DNA of 63,736 nucleotides, filler included, from Nemertoderma westbladi (lineage: Eukaryota; Animalia; Xenacoelomorpha): the NCBI GenBank assembly GCA_032718475.1. It is 6 parts of 6 records of this genome, joined end to end, with 100 filler letters (N's around TTAATTAATTAA, not from the genome) between each part and the next. Parts side by side here need not be neighbours in the genome. Positions count along the whole stretch, not along the records: positions 23,122 to 31,739 come from JAUCBJ010002614.1; positions 31,840 to 39,566 come from JAUCBJ010004011.1; 4 more parts are not named here. One strand, 5' to 3'. The notes below the pieces were generated by a model. That model was given only the letters and a program-made list of their open reading frames with translations. It ran no database searches and was not told where the DNA came from. Shown piece by piece: positions 24,861 through 38,300 of this stretch (within the stretch, counting starts at the first letter, position 1; the number at the start of each line of letters is the position of its first letter). Both the position numbers and the translations under genes were made by a program.

Positions 24861-26137
24861 GAGGTTGCTGAATAGCTCTTCCCAGTGAATCCAATGGGAA
24901 TATCTATAGGGTTACTCACTGCTATGATAGGTGGGAGGCCAGCTGATTGAATTTTAAATAGTTCAAATATTTTATAGTTTAATAATAATGAATGGGGAGG
25001 GACCCAACAACACTACGTTTGTTGAACTCGTGGTCGAAACGCCACAAAAATATACAATTTTAAAATTTTTGCTTGAGTTTTTGAGATATCGGATGGTGAA
25101 TACATACACACACACACACAGCCACATCGTGTTTTTGAACGGCTCCACTCTTGACAAGAACTACCCAGGCCTATTAATAGGCAGGTGAGTTATTATACAA
25201 GAACAATAATAATAATGAGACCATATCCTAATTAGTACGGGCTCTGGCGGCGTTAAGCGCAATACCTTCGGTAAATTAACGAGACTATTATTTTTGGATG
25301 GAGGACCATGTTAGACGTCAGAACACAGTTGGTGATCGGTATAGCTAATTTGCATTCTAGAACTACAGGCCAAAAACAAGCTAGCTAGCCGACCCCTACC
25401 TAACTCTATGTTGGGCCCTCTGGTTGAATATAAATGCAATCATTTTTTTCAATTGAACATTTTTCTTATAGAGGGAAGACCGGCGATTAATTTAAATACA
25501 AATATATCGCTACTTTTATTTTTTAAATGCGATAAATTTACATGAGAACAAAATACTTTCACTTTTTTTAAGAGACCAACATTTACATTAACTGCCATAA
25601 AATGTAGCTACTTTGGTTTAACACGTTCAAACATGTATCAAAATTTGCGCTAATTATTTCTGCATTCACCCATGCAACTCATTTTGGATGAGTACTAAAT
25701 CCTCCTAGTCAATTAGCCCGATTATTATCGGGGAAACGATAATCAGAGAATATTCAGAGAAAGTATACTCTCTGACATTTGGAGATATTTACTACAGTTA
25801 CTAGGCAACTATATGTACTGTAAGCCTATGTTGTGTACCAGTGTAGGCGATTCCTTACATTATATTAATTGTTTTTTAATGTATTATACAAAATTCATGC
25901 GCTTATACATAAACTGAGTCACAGATCGTTGAAAATTCTTATAAAAATAATACAAAGATGGAACTGATATTCTGAGAGTCAGAATTTATACTTTCGCTTT
26001 CAAACTTTTCTACTACAGTAGCTTATTATGTTGTGACAAAAACCGAAGCATAGTTATAATATTCTTAGCAATTAGGAAAATAATATTAACTAAAATAAAT
26101 TGTCGTTTCTTCAATATAATTGTAATTATTTATTTAA

Positions 26138-26881
26138 GGGGGGGGGGGGGGGGGGGGTACACCATTTTCGGACAACTCTTCGATTTTTCACTCTCAGCGT
26201 TTCAAAATTGTTTGGTTTTGGCTAAAATTTGGCATATAGGGGCCTAAGATGCTATTCTACATGACAGGTCAGAAAAATTTTTTTTTCGCTATTTAATATT
26301 AGTTAATACTAGTTAACAATAAAAAAAACTTGGTTGCGCTTAAAACCCTAAGGCTTTTACAGTTTTGAATCTAATCACATGAAAGTTTTTTTATATGATA
26401 GATCAAAGATGGGGCAACATAACTATCAGGCGAAATTTTGTTAAAATAATTCAGCACCGCTAGGTGGCGCTGCAAATTTATGTTAATTTTTAGGTTTTTT
26501 ATAAATAGTATTAAATTTTATTAACAAAAAATTTAGAAAAGCTGTCTGATACTTTTATGCAGGGTGGCTATCTGGTCACCCTCAGGAAGTTTCAGACTAA
26601 TTACTCAAAAATTGTAGAAGTAGTAGGGTTTTGAAGTTGACAATTTCATGAAAAAAATATTTGGAGATAATCAACCTTTTATTATACATAGTAATAGTAA
26701 TTTCAATAGGATTCCCTAAATGGAAATTTACATAACTTGAAAACTAAAAGAGCTATTAAATAGCGGTTTTCAGATTTGAAAACATCCTTGAATGGTGCAT
26801 TATAATAGACCATAAAAAATATTTCGACATATTTTGGACCAAAATGGTGTACCCCCTCCCCCCCCCCCCCCCCCCCCCCTC
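26138..26881. mobile_element. Kolobok-like MITE (TTAA TSD, G-run termini) nested in the Academ-like element
   Basis: ttaa|(G)n gtacaccatttt ... aaaatggtgtac(C)n..c|ttaa. Confidence 0.75.
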
Positions 26882-27291
26882 TTAACAACAACAAATTTTG
26901 TTTACCAGAGGGAATATAATTGGATTGCCATAAACGAAACGTACAGAACAGAAATGCCATGCAATCAATGAATATATTACAATATAAGTAAGTAGGTACA
27001 GTATATCAGTAAATCGAGTGTATCAAAGGAAAAGTAATATCTTATATAGTTTTCTGTAAGGTAATAAATATATCAACATTGGAAGGCGTGTAGGATGGTA
27101 AAATACTATTAAATGTCCGTGTACAAACTCTTATAGAACTCTGTTTAGTCGAATTGGGGGTTCCACCATAAAGGTAACGTATTCTTAAGCCTATGAAAAA
27201 TGTTATTACATAAATGCTTAAAAACATAGATATGGATGGATATTCCTTTCCACTGTATATTCAAATTATGTAAGAATGCAAACACTCCTGG

Positions 27292-30200
27292 TTATAAGTT
27301 ACTTAATTCTTCATTAGAATTCTTCAATAGTTTGTCAGTGCGACAACTCAGCTGTACAGGGCGCTTTTTTTTTTTTTTTTTTTTTAAATTTTGCTTTGAT
27401 TTCGATATCCTCCACTCCAGTTCGGGTTGTTCTATTACAAATCGTTCAAACATAAGCCTTTCAAGGGACTCAGAAAAATGGCTATGTATGTACCAACACC
27501 GGTTGTAATGTGGTGAAGTTGATATAATGCTACTTATCGCCCCATCTGTACAAATCCCTGACTGATATATGATGTCTTCAAACCCAGAGCCTGATATTAA
27601 TTTTCCTAAAATTCCGAAACATTCCCTCATAAAGTGAAAGTCCCCTAGGTGAAGAAAAATGCTATTAAAAATATAAATATGGTCATTCCACAATACTCGA
27701 TACGCATTCATTGCAGCACCAACATCCACAGCAACATTGGCATATATACATTTTACAACATCACAACGCTTTAAAATTATGCCAAATACCTTTTTTATCG
27801 TACCGTACCAAATTCTGATACTGGACTCGAAACGGGGGGTAAGTATTTCAATTCGGTTTTTTCAACCTTGTTAGTAATAACCGAACCAACAGGAGGCTGT
27901 AAGGTCTTAATATTCCATCCCGAGAATTGCGGGAATGAGGGATCTTTACACGTTAAGGGGGGCACTCTGTAATTAAATTTTTTTTTGAAGAATTTTGGTC
28001 ATTTTTTTTATTTTTTGTTCTAAGCCGATTTTTAATGGAGATTCCAAATATGCAAACGGTTTGACAGAGCGACTTTTAGTTTTCGAGATATATGGACTTT
28101 CGTACACCTTAATCTGGCACAAAAATATCCAAATTTTTCGTATTTTCACTCATAAGAAGTTTATTTTCGGTTTTCTGGTGTATCCAGTGTAATGTTGCTT
28201 AGCAACTGTATCTAAGCATCAGTGGCGGTAAATTTAAACGAGTATCTGTGAACATTAGTCCCTTTCCCTTGTACTGTCTGACTGTGAATTCGGCTCTAAC
28301 GCAAATCTGTCCCTACCCACACTGCCGTACCGGTAGTGTGGGTTAATTTTTTTTGGTTAGGGTCAACATAGTTAGAACCCCAACCTAACTGTAATCTAAC
28401 CCTAACCCCAATATTACCCGTTTGCTCCCTAATCCTAGCTGGAACCGTCTGCCTAACCCTAGCTCATGGTAGCTAGAACAGTCACAGCTGTTAGGTTAGC
28501 CTAGGACAGTAGGATTCTGAAATTCTGATTACACGAATTACAATATTGCAGTAGTATATACCCAGAACGTAAATGTCAAAATCACAGGGACGGATTTGCA
28601 TTATTTGCATTATTATTGGCGATCTTTACTTAAAACCGAAAATTCCGCATGTAGCATATGGAGCACTACATGTTAAAAAAAAAAATTCGTAAATTGAGTT
28701 ATTTTAACTGAAAATATTGCAAAACTAAGATATTTTTATCAAACTAATCTGCTTTCAAACTTTAAATTGGATTTATTCCTATTTCATTTTTTTGCACTTT
28801 TTTATATTTTAAAATGCTACTACTTGTAGGGAATTGGTCAAAACTGGCTGATTTTTGGCATGCGTGGTCTTGATGAAGTGTTTTAACTATGCAATTGACA
28901 AAATTTTGAAATTTTGATTTTAACCAAAGTTATAGTCAAAATTCGAAATTTTTTGTGACTTTTTCGAGTTTTTTAGTTATTTTTGGTGACAAATTTCGAA
29001 AAAATTGAATAATTTTAAAAGTAAGACAGATGTTTAAATTCTGTCAATTGCATCGTTTTATAACATTTTTCCGGACATTCGAACCAAATTTTGAACAATT
29101 TGAATCAAAATTGCGGTTCTAGAAGCCTTTTTTTAAAAATTTCAATAAATTATGTTAATTAGCAAAATTAAAATTAAAAAAAATTTTTTTTGCGATTTTC
29201 AGTTTTTTGGATCTATATTACATAGGTTTGTCAAATATTAATATTTTTGAACATAGTCCCGCGCCAAAATTAAGAAAATAAAAACGTCATTCAATTACAG
29301 AGTGCCCCCCTTAAAATTCGTATTAAAACCCAGTGCAAATACTTATCCTGAAACAATTTATCCTCTATAATTTGCGACTGTTCTGTATGAGTTGGTGGAA
29401 CACAGAGTATACCAGGCTGCATATTACGTTGAAATTCAGCAGCACTTAGAATATTATTTATGGGCCTACAGATTTCATGGTTATTTAAATCCCTGTACAT
29501 TGTTGTACGTTCCGAGATTATTTCTTCAGAATCATTACAAGAATCTACAAATTCAACAATATTTGTGATATTAATGTTTCCATGGCCAGTAACTGAATCG
29601 TCTTTCTGGTTGAAGTTATCAAACCACCAAAACGCAACTAAGTTTTTGGTATTTTCGTTGTGGTCAGGAGCCGATTCCACCAATGTCTCTAATTCAGCTT
29701 CTGCTTCAGCAGACTCAATCTCACAAACCAACTTATAATTAATACTATGACCTAAGTGAGACAGTATTCTAATTGGAGTTTTCATTCCTATCATGTTATG
29801 CAAGCCAAGGCCAACAAGAAAATGTTTCAATGTTACGAGTTTGCCGTTAGAAATAGCATTGATGACATCTGACATAAGGGTATTGATGTAAACCTTACTT
29901 TGGTCGGCACTGAAATGGCCCTTTCTTTTTAATATTGAGTTAAAGAATGTCTCAAGTGATTTTGGGAATTCTTTCTGTATATCTTTCAGCGACTCAATAT
30001 TTGGTATCTTACCACCACTTATGTTTTCATGTTTGTCTATAAATTCGACAACATCCTCATGGATATATTCAGCCGCATTCCTAATTATTATATTATTATC
30101 TTTGGCTATTGTATTTGATTGCAATGCGGATGAACTGGCTACAAGTTCTGGAGTTTTCCCATCAACCTGTAAGAAGGTAATTCTATCCTTATACTCTTGT

Positions 30201-31020
30201 TGGATCCGCTTCTTTAATGTACTGCGATAACTTCTTTCATTGTCTGTACCAAAACCTGTTCCATATGCTTTGTGTAAATTCAGAATCGACAATATTCCTT
30301 CTCTGTGTATTATCTGGTTGTCGACGACTTCTTTAACTTTATCAATATCCCCAACTTGATTTTCAGATGTATCCTTAGTTTGAGTTTCACGTATAATTCT
30401 TGTGTATGATGCATAACAATCATCATGGACACACACACCTTTGGCAATTAAATCTACACTTGTAACTCCAAGAGTAATTTAGAATCGTTTCGTTGGAAAG
30501 CAGCATCTTTTATTCTTTTATCGGCATCAAGAGTTAAAATCCGGTGAGCAGATTTCCATTTACCTTTAAAATACCTTCGCCTTTTGTGACAAAAAATCCA
30601 AGAATCCGGGAATAAGTCGCGCGAATTCTCCTTATCTCGACGATAACGCTTCGGCCTATCCGAATTCCCTCCCAGCATGATGAAATTCTCGTTATCCTGA
30701 CTCTTTCTTTTTGTGTTGATAGAAATAATTTTAGTAAATTTTTTATAGCATGTGTCAGCATGAAGTCCATGCTCTTCAGTACTGTAATTATCAATTGGAA
30801 TAGACTCACATTGGTCCAAATGGTTATTTTCTGGTACTGCATTATTGGTTCTCAAAGTGCGAGCTTGCAAAATTCGTTGGTATTGATGCTGAGTAATTGG
30901 TTTTATAGGTTTTAATATGTTGATGTCTTTATAGTGTACAATGCAAACTGGTTTGGATGTCATCATTATAAATAATGTATAGAGTATAGTATACACTTTT
31001 CTAAGATTTAGTACATCCAT
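27292..31020 (-). pseudogene. Fragmented Academ-type transposase
   Basis: Pieces at 31020-30454, 30436-29311 and 27956-27292. Motifs HADTCYKKF, HDDCYASY, KHFLVGLGLHN...LSHLGHSINY, FDNFN...GHGNIN, YLPP and LHLGDFH...GSGFE...HYNRC. Stops and frameshifts are present and the C-terminal half is absent. Family assignment is from motif memory. Confidence 0.65.
27957..29310. mobile_element. Kolobok-like MITE inserted in the transposase ORF
   Basis: Perfect 18-bp TIR ggggggcactctgtaatt / aattacagagtgcccccc, with TTAA at 27953-27956 and 29311-29314. Removing it restores the reading frame (LIRILTCKDPSFPQFSGW). Confidence 0.88.
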
Positions 31021-32129
31021 ATTCCATAATGTATTTTATATTCAATATACAGTATAAACTGTTCTAAAAATAATATCAGCTATTTTTTAACAGTTCCGCA
31101 TAGCACTACATTTTTTATAACATAAGTCACTGTTACCATGGCAACATTGTAGAGTTCTAGAACACAAAATATATAATATACACTATTCTAGAACATAAAT
31201 AATATAAAAAATATAACGTTCTAGAATATATAGCTTGTTATTTTTCAAATTTAAAATAGCTACTATAAAGATATACAATTAATATAAAAAAAATTTTGTT
31301 CTAGAACAAAATTTTTATATTAAATTAATAGATATATGTTCTAGAACATTAAAAGTAATAAAAACTAGCTAGTATAACAAATTTTTTTGGGGGGGGGGGG
31401 GGGGGTGTGCACAAAACGCACTAGTACCACCATCCACGGTGGACGGCCTTCACATACGATCGCTGCGAATATAAGTATTAAATAGCTAACATTTTTAAGA
31501 ACATCGGCGGTACATACTGTAAACTACTAACTCTTATTAAAAAAAACACAGTGGGCTGCTTTAAAACGACTTGATTGTGCCTGCGTGTTTAGTGTATACA
31601 GTCAGTCGCCTAGAAACTACACAACGCCAGGTAATACATGTAAGGGAGTGCCGTTCACAGAATAGATAGTTAGTTACCTTAGTAACTGTAGTAAATATTT
31701 CCAAATGTCAGAGAGTATACTTTCTCTGAATATCCTCTGNNNNNNNNNNNNNNNNNNNNNNNNNNNNNNNNNNNNNNNNNNNNTTAATTAATTAANNNNN
31801 NNNNNNNNNNNNNNNNNNNNNNNNNNNNNNNNNNNNNNNGTTCGTATTTTCAAAAATGGGCACTTTTCTAATTTGTTTAAATAATGACCAATATCCATGG
31901 GTTTAGCATATTAAGTTAGGAATAGGGCGGGGGGGGGCACATTGGCATTGGCACTGGGATAATGTGAATCCTAACTATTCTAGCTAGCTGTTAATGTAAC
32001 TTTAACATTTGCTTTGCCGGAAAGGGCACTTTTACGAATAGGTGAAAATAAAAGGAGAATATTTCTCAAAAAAAGGATACATTTCCCAAACATGTGGTCG
32101 TATATAAAAGGAAAGGGTGCTTTTCTCAA

Positions 32130-32880
32130 CTACTACTACTAGGATCGGCATGCTGCATTGCAGCTGCATTTTTAAGAATGCTGTGCCGGCTTATCAACAA
32201 AATTGCACCGCCACAACTCCCTATCACCCATGACATTTGCTAGATCATCCGCATCTTTAAGGCCAGTGTCCTTTAAGATGCGTCTCAAGAAAGTCATGGG
32301 CTGTCCACCATGCTTATTCACTCCATGAGGCTGCCAAAGTACAAGATTATGCACTGGCTGGTCCTCACGGCGAAAGCAATGTCCTGCAAAGCGGAGGCGA
32401 TTTTGTTCTAGTGTCAAGCTTGGGGGAACCAATGAGACACCTCCAATGTTATATAGTGTCTGGTTGGAGATGTGTGCATTGTACTTGACACAATGTACCC
32501 GGCGTAGCATTCTTGTGAATGTGCCATCCAGAGATTTGGTGTCATCAGCAGTTAGAGCCCAGCATGGACTCCCGTAGAGGAGTACTGGAACTACTGAATT
32601 CTTCTTTCTACTTTCCGATTAATTCTCGGTGACTTCCAAATCCTGGAAAGCCTATTCAAGGCTGCCCATGCCTTTCCCTTACGTATTCGAAGGTCCTCAC
32701 CTGACTTCTGGATCCATAATCCCAGGTAACAGAAGTCGTCCACATGCTCAAGCATACCATCCTATGAGCTTATGCTCATCCGATCAGAGACTTGCTGAGG
32801 GCTTTCAAAGTTAACTGTGAGAATTTTGGTCTTTCTGGAGTTAATAAAAAGACCAACACTAGAAGCAGCATGTTCTAATC
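32130..32880 (-). mobile_element. LINE family B, 5'-truncated copy
   Basis: (TAG)n tail after a short 3' UTR. ORF 32172..32510 has RLRFAGHCFRREDQPVHNLVLWQP, the same C-terminal type as family A. Upstream YLGLWI-like RT remnant. Confidence 0.88.
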
Positions 32881-33393
32881 ATCACAGACCGGTATTTATC
32901 GATTATTAACGATAACAATAAATTCATAGACTATATAATTACATAGATCATGTTATTCAATTGTTTACTTATATATCATTAATTATATCAGAACGGAGCC
33001 GCCTCATCCACTTCAAAGGACATTGCTTGCGCCGTGGGGACCAGCCTGTGCAGAATCGGACAACCCATTACTTATTTGAGACGCATCTTAAAGGCTGTTA
33101 GCATCCAGACAACAGACCAACCCTCTACATCTACAAGTGTAACTGATTTACTCGAATGGGTTTCTATTATTATTTTCGTATTTTTTGAGACTCAATTACA
33201 TTTTAAGGTTTTATATTTACATTTATTCCTTTACTATATCGCCCTTAGGAAGTAACAACACTAGTTGCTATAGTAACAACACTAGTTATCGTGCTATTAT
33301 ATTGGTTTATATTAATCAACATGGGTGATTGATTAATAAGGTTGACAACATTATTAAATGTTATGTGATGCAGTAACATTAAATTCAAAGTGT

Positions 33394-34710
33394 TCATTCA
33401 AAAACAACCAAAAAGCATTTCGCTGTGATTGTCAGATCATTAATAATTTCAAGGCAATTTTGCGCCATTTGAGAACTTTGGCAGACTTCTCTCCGATTCG
33501 CGTCGATAATCTCGTAACTACTGCGGCGTATCACGTGACGCAGATAACGCGATTTCCTTTGCAACTCCGCATCGATATCGTTTAACATCGTCCGTATCAC
33601 CGGGCAGTGCGAGAGGCAATCCTTGCACGCAGCGGCCACTTCCTCGTGAAACTGGTCTATAATGTTCTGAACAGTTGGTTGGTGAGACTCCAGCTCTGTC
33701 GATATTGGTGGAACAGGTTCTAAAGTACCACCACGAACAACCAATTGAAAGAATTCCCCATCTGGTATAATGACTAGACGACCCTGCCCCCCAACTGCCG
33801 ATAGTAAAGCCTGTATGATATCAGAGAGTTCTATTGACTGCCTGTTTATTATTAAATCATTATCAATTGCAGATGTTTTGAAGTTTTCTAGAGATAATTG
33901 TAATTGCGAATTGAGCTCATTGCATAAACTTATTTGTTGGGACGCGGCAGCGAATAAGTGGTCAACATCTTCAACACCAACAACAGGCAGTATTGTTTCA
34001 TGGCTTAATGAATTCGTTTCGTTCTCGTAAGATTGCATAATATATCTGATCAATTCTTTACTTCGTTTGTTTGCGACTTGAGTTAAAAAGGAACGAGTTG
34101 CTCTATGCACTGACTGGTCGTTGAGTTTTGCTGAAACAAACGCGCAGCCAATGAAACCTTGACTCTCCGCGATGGCCTTAATAAAATCGATGTATTCTGG
34201 AATGTAATCGTCTTCCAACAAATCCATTTTCGTGGCCACTAGAAGTACCGGCGGAATTTTCGATTCAGCTGAATGTTGGTACGTTCTCGGAGTCAAATTA
34301 GCATTATTTATGCCGCAGCTGTATGCTGCATTCCTTTGAGTCATGGATTGTATGTCGTGTTTCCATGCCAAGGTTGATTGCAGACTCTCGGAATCCGAAG
34401 CGTCTACCATTATTATCGCTCCGTTAGTATTTTTATAGTTTGCGATTCTGGCTTCGGTAAGCGCGAAGCAGGGCAAGTCGTACAGATGAACATCGTGATA
34501 TTCGTCCCGTATATATTCTCTGATTATCGCGTGGTAGACTCCGTCTGTGGGCAGGTAACTCTCCCGGAACGAATCCGAAACAAACCGATTAAAGAAACTT
34601 GTCTTTCCGCTCCCCACATCACCGACTATTACCACTCTGATTACCCGAGACATCGAATCTCCATAATAATCTTTCGGAAATATCTTATCCGCTGAACAAC
34701 TTTGTCCCAT
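33394..34710 (-). CDS. Atypical Rab-like small GTPase with C-terminal extension (438 aa, single exon)
   Basis: G1 GDVGSGKTS, G2 YLPTDG, degenerate G3 YDLPC, G4 TKMD, G5 VSAK. AWKHDI and GFIGCAFVSAK resemble Rab32/38/29. N-terminus MGQSCS. Uninterrupted ORF. Confidence 0.85.
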   Translation of the reverse strand: MGQSCSADKIFPKDYYGDSMSRVIRVVIVGDVGSGKTSFFNRFVSDSFRESYLPTDGVYHAIIREYIRDEYHDVHLYDLPCFALTEARIANYKNTNGAIIMVDASDSESLQSTLAWKHDIQSMTQRNAAYSCGINNANLTPRTYQHSAESKIPPVLLVATKMDLLEDDYIPEYIDFIKAIAESQGFIGCAFVSAKLNDQSVHRATRSFLTQVANKRSKELIRYIMQSYENETNSLSHETILPVVGVEDVDHLFAAASQQISLCNELNSQLQLSLENFKTSAIDNDLIINRQSIELSDIIQALLSAVGGQGRLVIIPDGEFFQLVVRGGTLEPVPPISTELESHQPTVQNIIDQFHEEVAAACKDCLSHCPVIRTMLNDIDAELQRKSRYLRHVIRRSSYEIIDANRREVCQSSQMAQNCLEIINDLTITAKCFLVVFE

Positions 34711-35305
34711 AGTTAATTAAATTGACGCTAAGATATAGGAGTAGTGTGAATTAATTAAAGTATGTAAGATAGGCTATAAAATACAATAAAATGTAGAACA
34801 TCAACAATAAATAAGAAAACGAATTGGTTTGAGATACAAATTATTGTCATTTCTGGCAACAGTGTTATGTTGCTTAGCAACAAGTGATAATTGCAAATCA
34901 ATTAATGGAGCTACTTTAAGTAATCGAATCCCAAACTGCTCCTTGGTTGTGTATTCTACTCTACTGATTTTATAGTTGGATAATTAAATAGGGCGAGACA
35001 CGCACGACACGGGAAAAATTTATCTTAAATAGCTTCTAAGAAATGCAAGATGTAATTCGTTATTTATTCAGTTCATGTTTCATTCATACATTATTATAAC
35101 GTACTGTAGTGTAGCAGTGCCCACTGTAAAGTTGTCCTTGGTCGCAGCCGAAACACATTGACCAACCAAGCCCATTGCCAACATACAGTTGTAATCTCCA
35201 TACACGTGGGGGTGGCCATGTGAATGTACTGCCACTGTGCCATGTAGATGTTTATTGTAGTGATGCTGGTGTAATACGATGCTACAAGGACGGTATAAGG
35301 AATAC

Positions 35306-38300
35306 GCTAATCAGTAGATAACTTAACTGGAGACCGGGGGGCAGACTGGACGGGTCGAGGTGGACTGGACACAGAAAACATCAGAAACGTATAAGCTAAT
35401 CAGTAGATAACTTAACTGGAGACAGAGGGGCAGACTGGACGGGTCGAGGTGGACTGGACACAGAAAACATCAGAAACGTATAAGCTAATCAGTAGATAAC
35501 TTAACTGGAGACAGGGGGGCAGACTGGACGGGTCGAGGTGGACTGGACACAGAAAACATCAGAAACGTATAAGCTAATCAGTTCAGTAGATAACTTAACT
35601 GGAGACAGGGGGGGGGGGGGGGGGGCAGACAGGACGGGTCGAGGTGGACTGGACACAGAAAACATCAGAAACGTATAAGCTAATCAGTAGATAACTTAAC
35701 TGGAGACAGGGGGGCAGACTGGACGGGTCGAGGTGGACTGGACACAGAAAACATCAGAAACGTATAAGCTAATCAGTAGATAACTTAACTGGAGACAGGG
35801 GGGCAGACTGGACGGGTCGAGGTGGACTGGACACAGAAAACATCAGAAACGTATAAGCTAATCAGTAGATAACTTAACAGGAGACAGGGGGGCAGACTGG
35901 ACGGGTCGAGGTGGACTGGACACAGAAAACATCAGAAACGTATAAGCTAATCAGTAGATAACTTAACTGGAGATAGGGGGGCAGACTGGACGGGTCGAGG
36001 TGGACTGGACACAGAAAACATCAGAAACGTATAAGCCAATCAGTAGATAACTTAACTGGAGACAGGGGGGCAGACTGGACGGGTCGAGGTGGATTGGGCA
36101 CAGAAAACATCAGAAACGTATAAGCTAATCAGTAGATAACTTAACTGGAGACAGAGGGGCAGACTGGACGGGTCGAGGTGGACTGGGCACAGAAAACATC
36201 AGAAACGTATAAGCTAATCAGTAGATAACTTAACTGGAGACAGGGGGCAGACTGGACGGGTCGAGGTGGACTGGACACAGAAAACATCAGAAACGTATAA
36301 GCCAATCAGTAGATAACTTAACTGGAGACAGGGGGGCAGACTGGACGGGTCGAGGTGGATTGGGCACAGAAAACATCAGAAACGTATAAGCTAATCAGTA
36401 GATAACTTAACTGGAGACAGAGGGGCAGACTGGACGGGTCGAGGTGGACTGGACACAGAAAACATCAGAAACGTATAAGCTAATCAGTAGATAACTTAAC
36501 TGGAGACAGGGGGGCAGACTGGACGGGTCGAGGTGGACTGGACACAGAAAACATCAGAAACGTATAAGCTAATCAGTTCAGTAGATAACTTAACTGGAGA
36601 CAGGGGGGGGGGGGGGGGCAGACAGGACGGGTCGAGGTGGACTGGACACAGAAAACATCAGAAACGTATAAGCTAATCAGTAGATAACTTAACTGGAGAC
36701 AGGGGGGCAGACTGGACGGGTCGAGGTGGACTGGACACAGAAAACATCAGAAACGTATAAGCTAATCAGTAGATAACTTAACTGGAGACAGAGGGGCAGA
36801 CTGGACGGGTCGAGGTGGACTGGACACAGAAAACATCAGAAACGTATAAGCTAATCAGTAGATAACTTAACTGGAGACAGGGGGGCAGACTGGACGGGTC
36901 GAGGTGGACTGGACACAGAAAACATCAGAAACGTATAAGCTAATCAGTTCAGTAGATAACTTAACTGGAGACAGGGGGGGGGGGGGGGGGGGGGGGGGCA
37001 GACAGGACGGGTCGAGGTGGACTGGACACAGAAAACATCAGAAACGTATAAGCTAATCAGTAGATAACTTAACTGGAGACAGAGGGGCAGACTGGACGGG
37101 TCGAGGTGGACTGGACACAGAAAACATCAGAAACGTATAAGCTAATCAGTAGATAACTTAACTGGAGACAGGGGGGCAGACTGGACGGGTCGAGGTGGAC
37201 AGGACACAGAAAACATCAGAAACGTATAAGCTAATCAGTTCAGTAGATAACTTAACTGTAGACAGGGGGGGGGGGGGGGAGACAGGACGGGTCGAGGTGG
37301 ACTGGACACAGAAAACATCAGAAACGTATAAGCTAATCAGTAGATAACTTAACTGGAGACAGGGGGGCAGACTGGACGGGTCGAGGTGGACTGGACACAG
37401 AAAACATCAGAAACGTATAAGCTAATCAGTAGATAACTTAACTGGAGACAGGGGGGGCAGACAGGACGGGTCGAGGTGGACTGGACACAGAAAACATCAG
37501 AAACGTATAAGCTAATCAGTAGATAACTTAACTGGAGACAGGGGGGCAGACTGGACGGGTCGAGGTGGACTGGACACAGAAAACATCAGAAACGTATAAG
37601 CTAATCAGTAGATAACTTAACTGGAGACAGGGGGGCAGACTGGACGGGTCGAGGTGGACTGGACACAGAAAACATCAGAAACGTATAAGCTAATCAGTAG
37701 ATAACTTAACTGGAGACAGGGGGGCAGACTGGACGGGTCGAGGTGGACTGGACACAGAAAACATCAGAAACGTATAAGCTAATCAGTAGATAACTTAACT
37801 GAGACCGGGGGGGGGGGGCAGACAGGACGGGTCGAGGTGGACTGGACACAGAAAACATCAGAAACGTATAAGCTAATCAGTAGATAACTTAACTGGAGAC
37901 AGGGGGGCAGACTGGACGGGTTGAGGTGTACTGGACACAGAAAACATCAGAAACATATAAGCTAATCAGTAGATAACTTAACTGGAGACAGGGGGGCAGA
38001 CTGGACGGGTCGAGGTGGACTGGACACAGAAAACATCAGAAACGTATAAGCTAATCAGTAGATAACTTAACTGGAGACAGGGGGGCAGACTGGACGGGTC
38101 GAGGTGGACTGGACACAGAAAACATCAGAAACGTATAAGCTAATCAGTAGATAACTTAACTGGAGACAGGGGGGCAGACTGGACGGGTCGAGGTGGACTG
38201 GACACAGAAAACATCAGAAACGTATAAGCTAATCAGTAGATAACTTAACTGGAGATAGGGGGGGGGGGGGGGGGGGGGGGGGGCAGACAGGACGGGTCGA

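Larger units (their letters stand above)
25714..31739 (-). mobile_element. Decayed Academ-like DNA transposon (right end lost in gap)
   Basis: ~60-bp inverted repeat 25744-25803 vs 31680-31739 with ~2 mismatches. The left end probably begins at TAGCCCG (25714). It encloses a fragmented transposase-like ORF. Confidence 0.65.
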
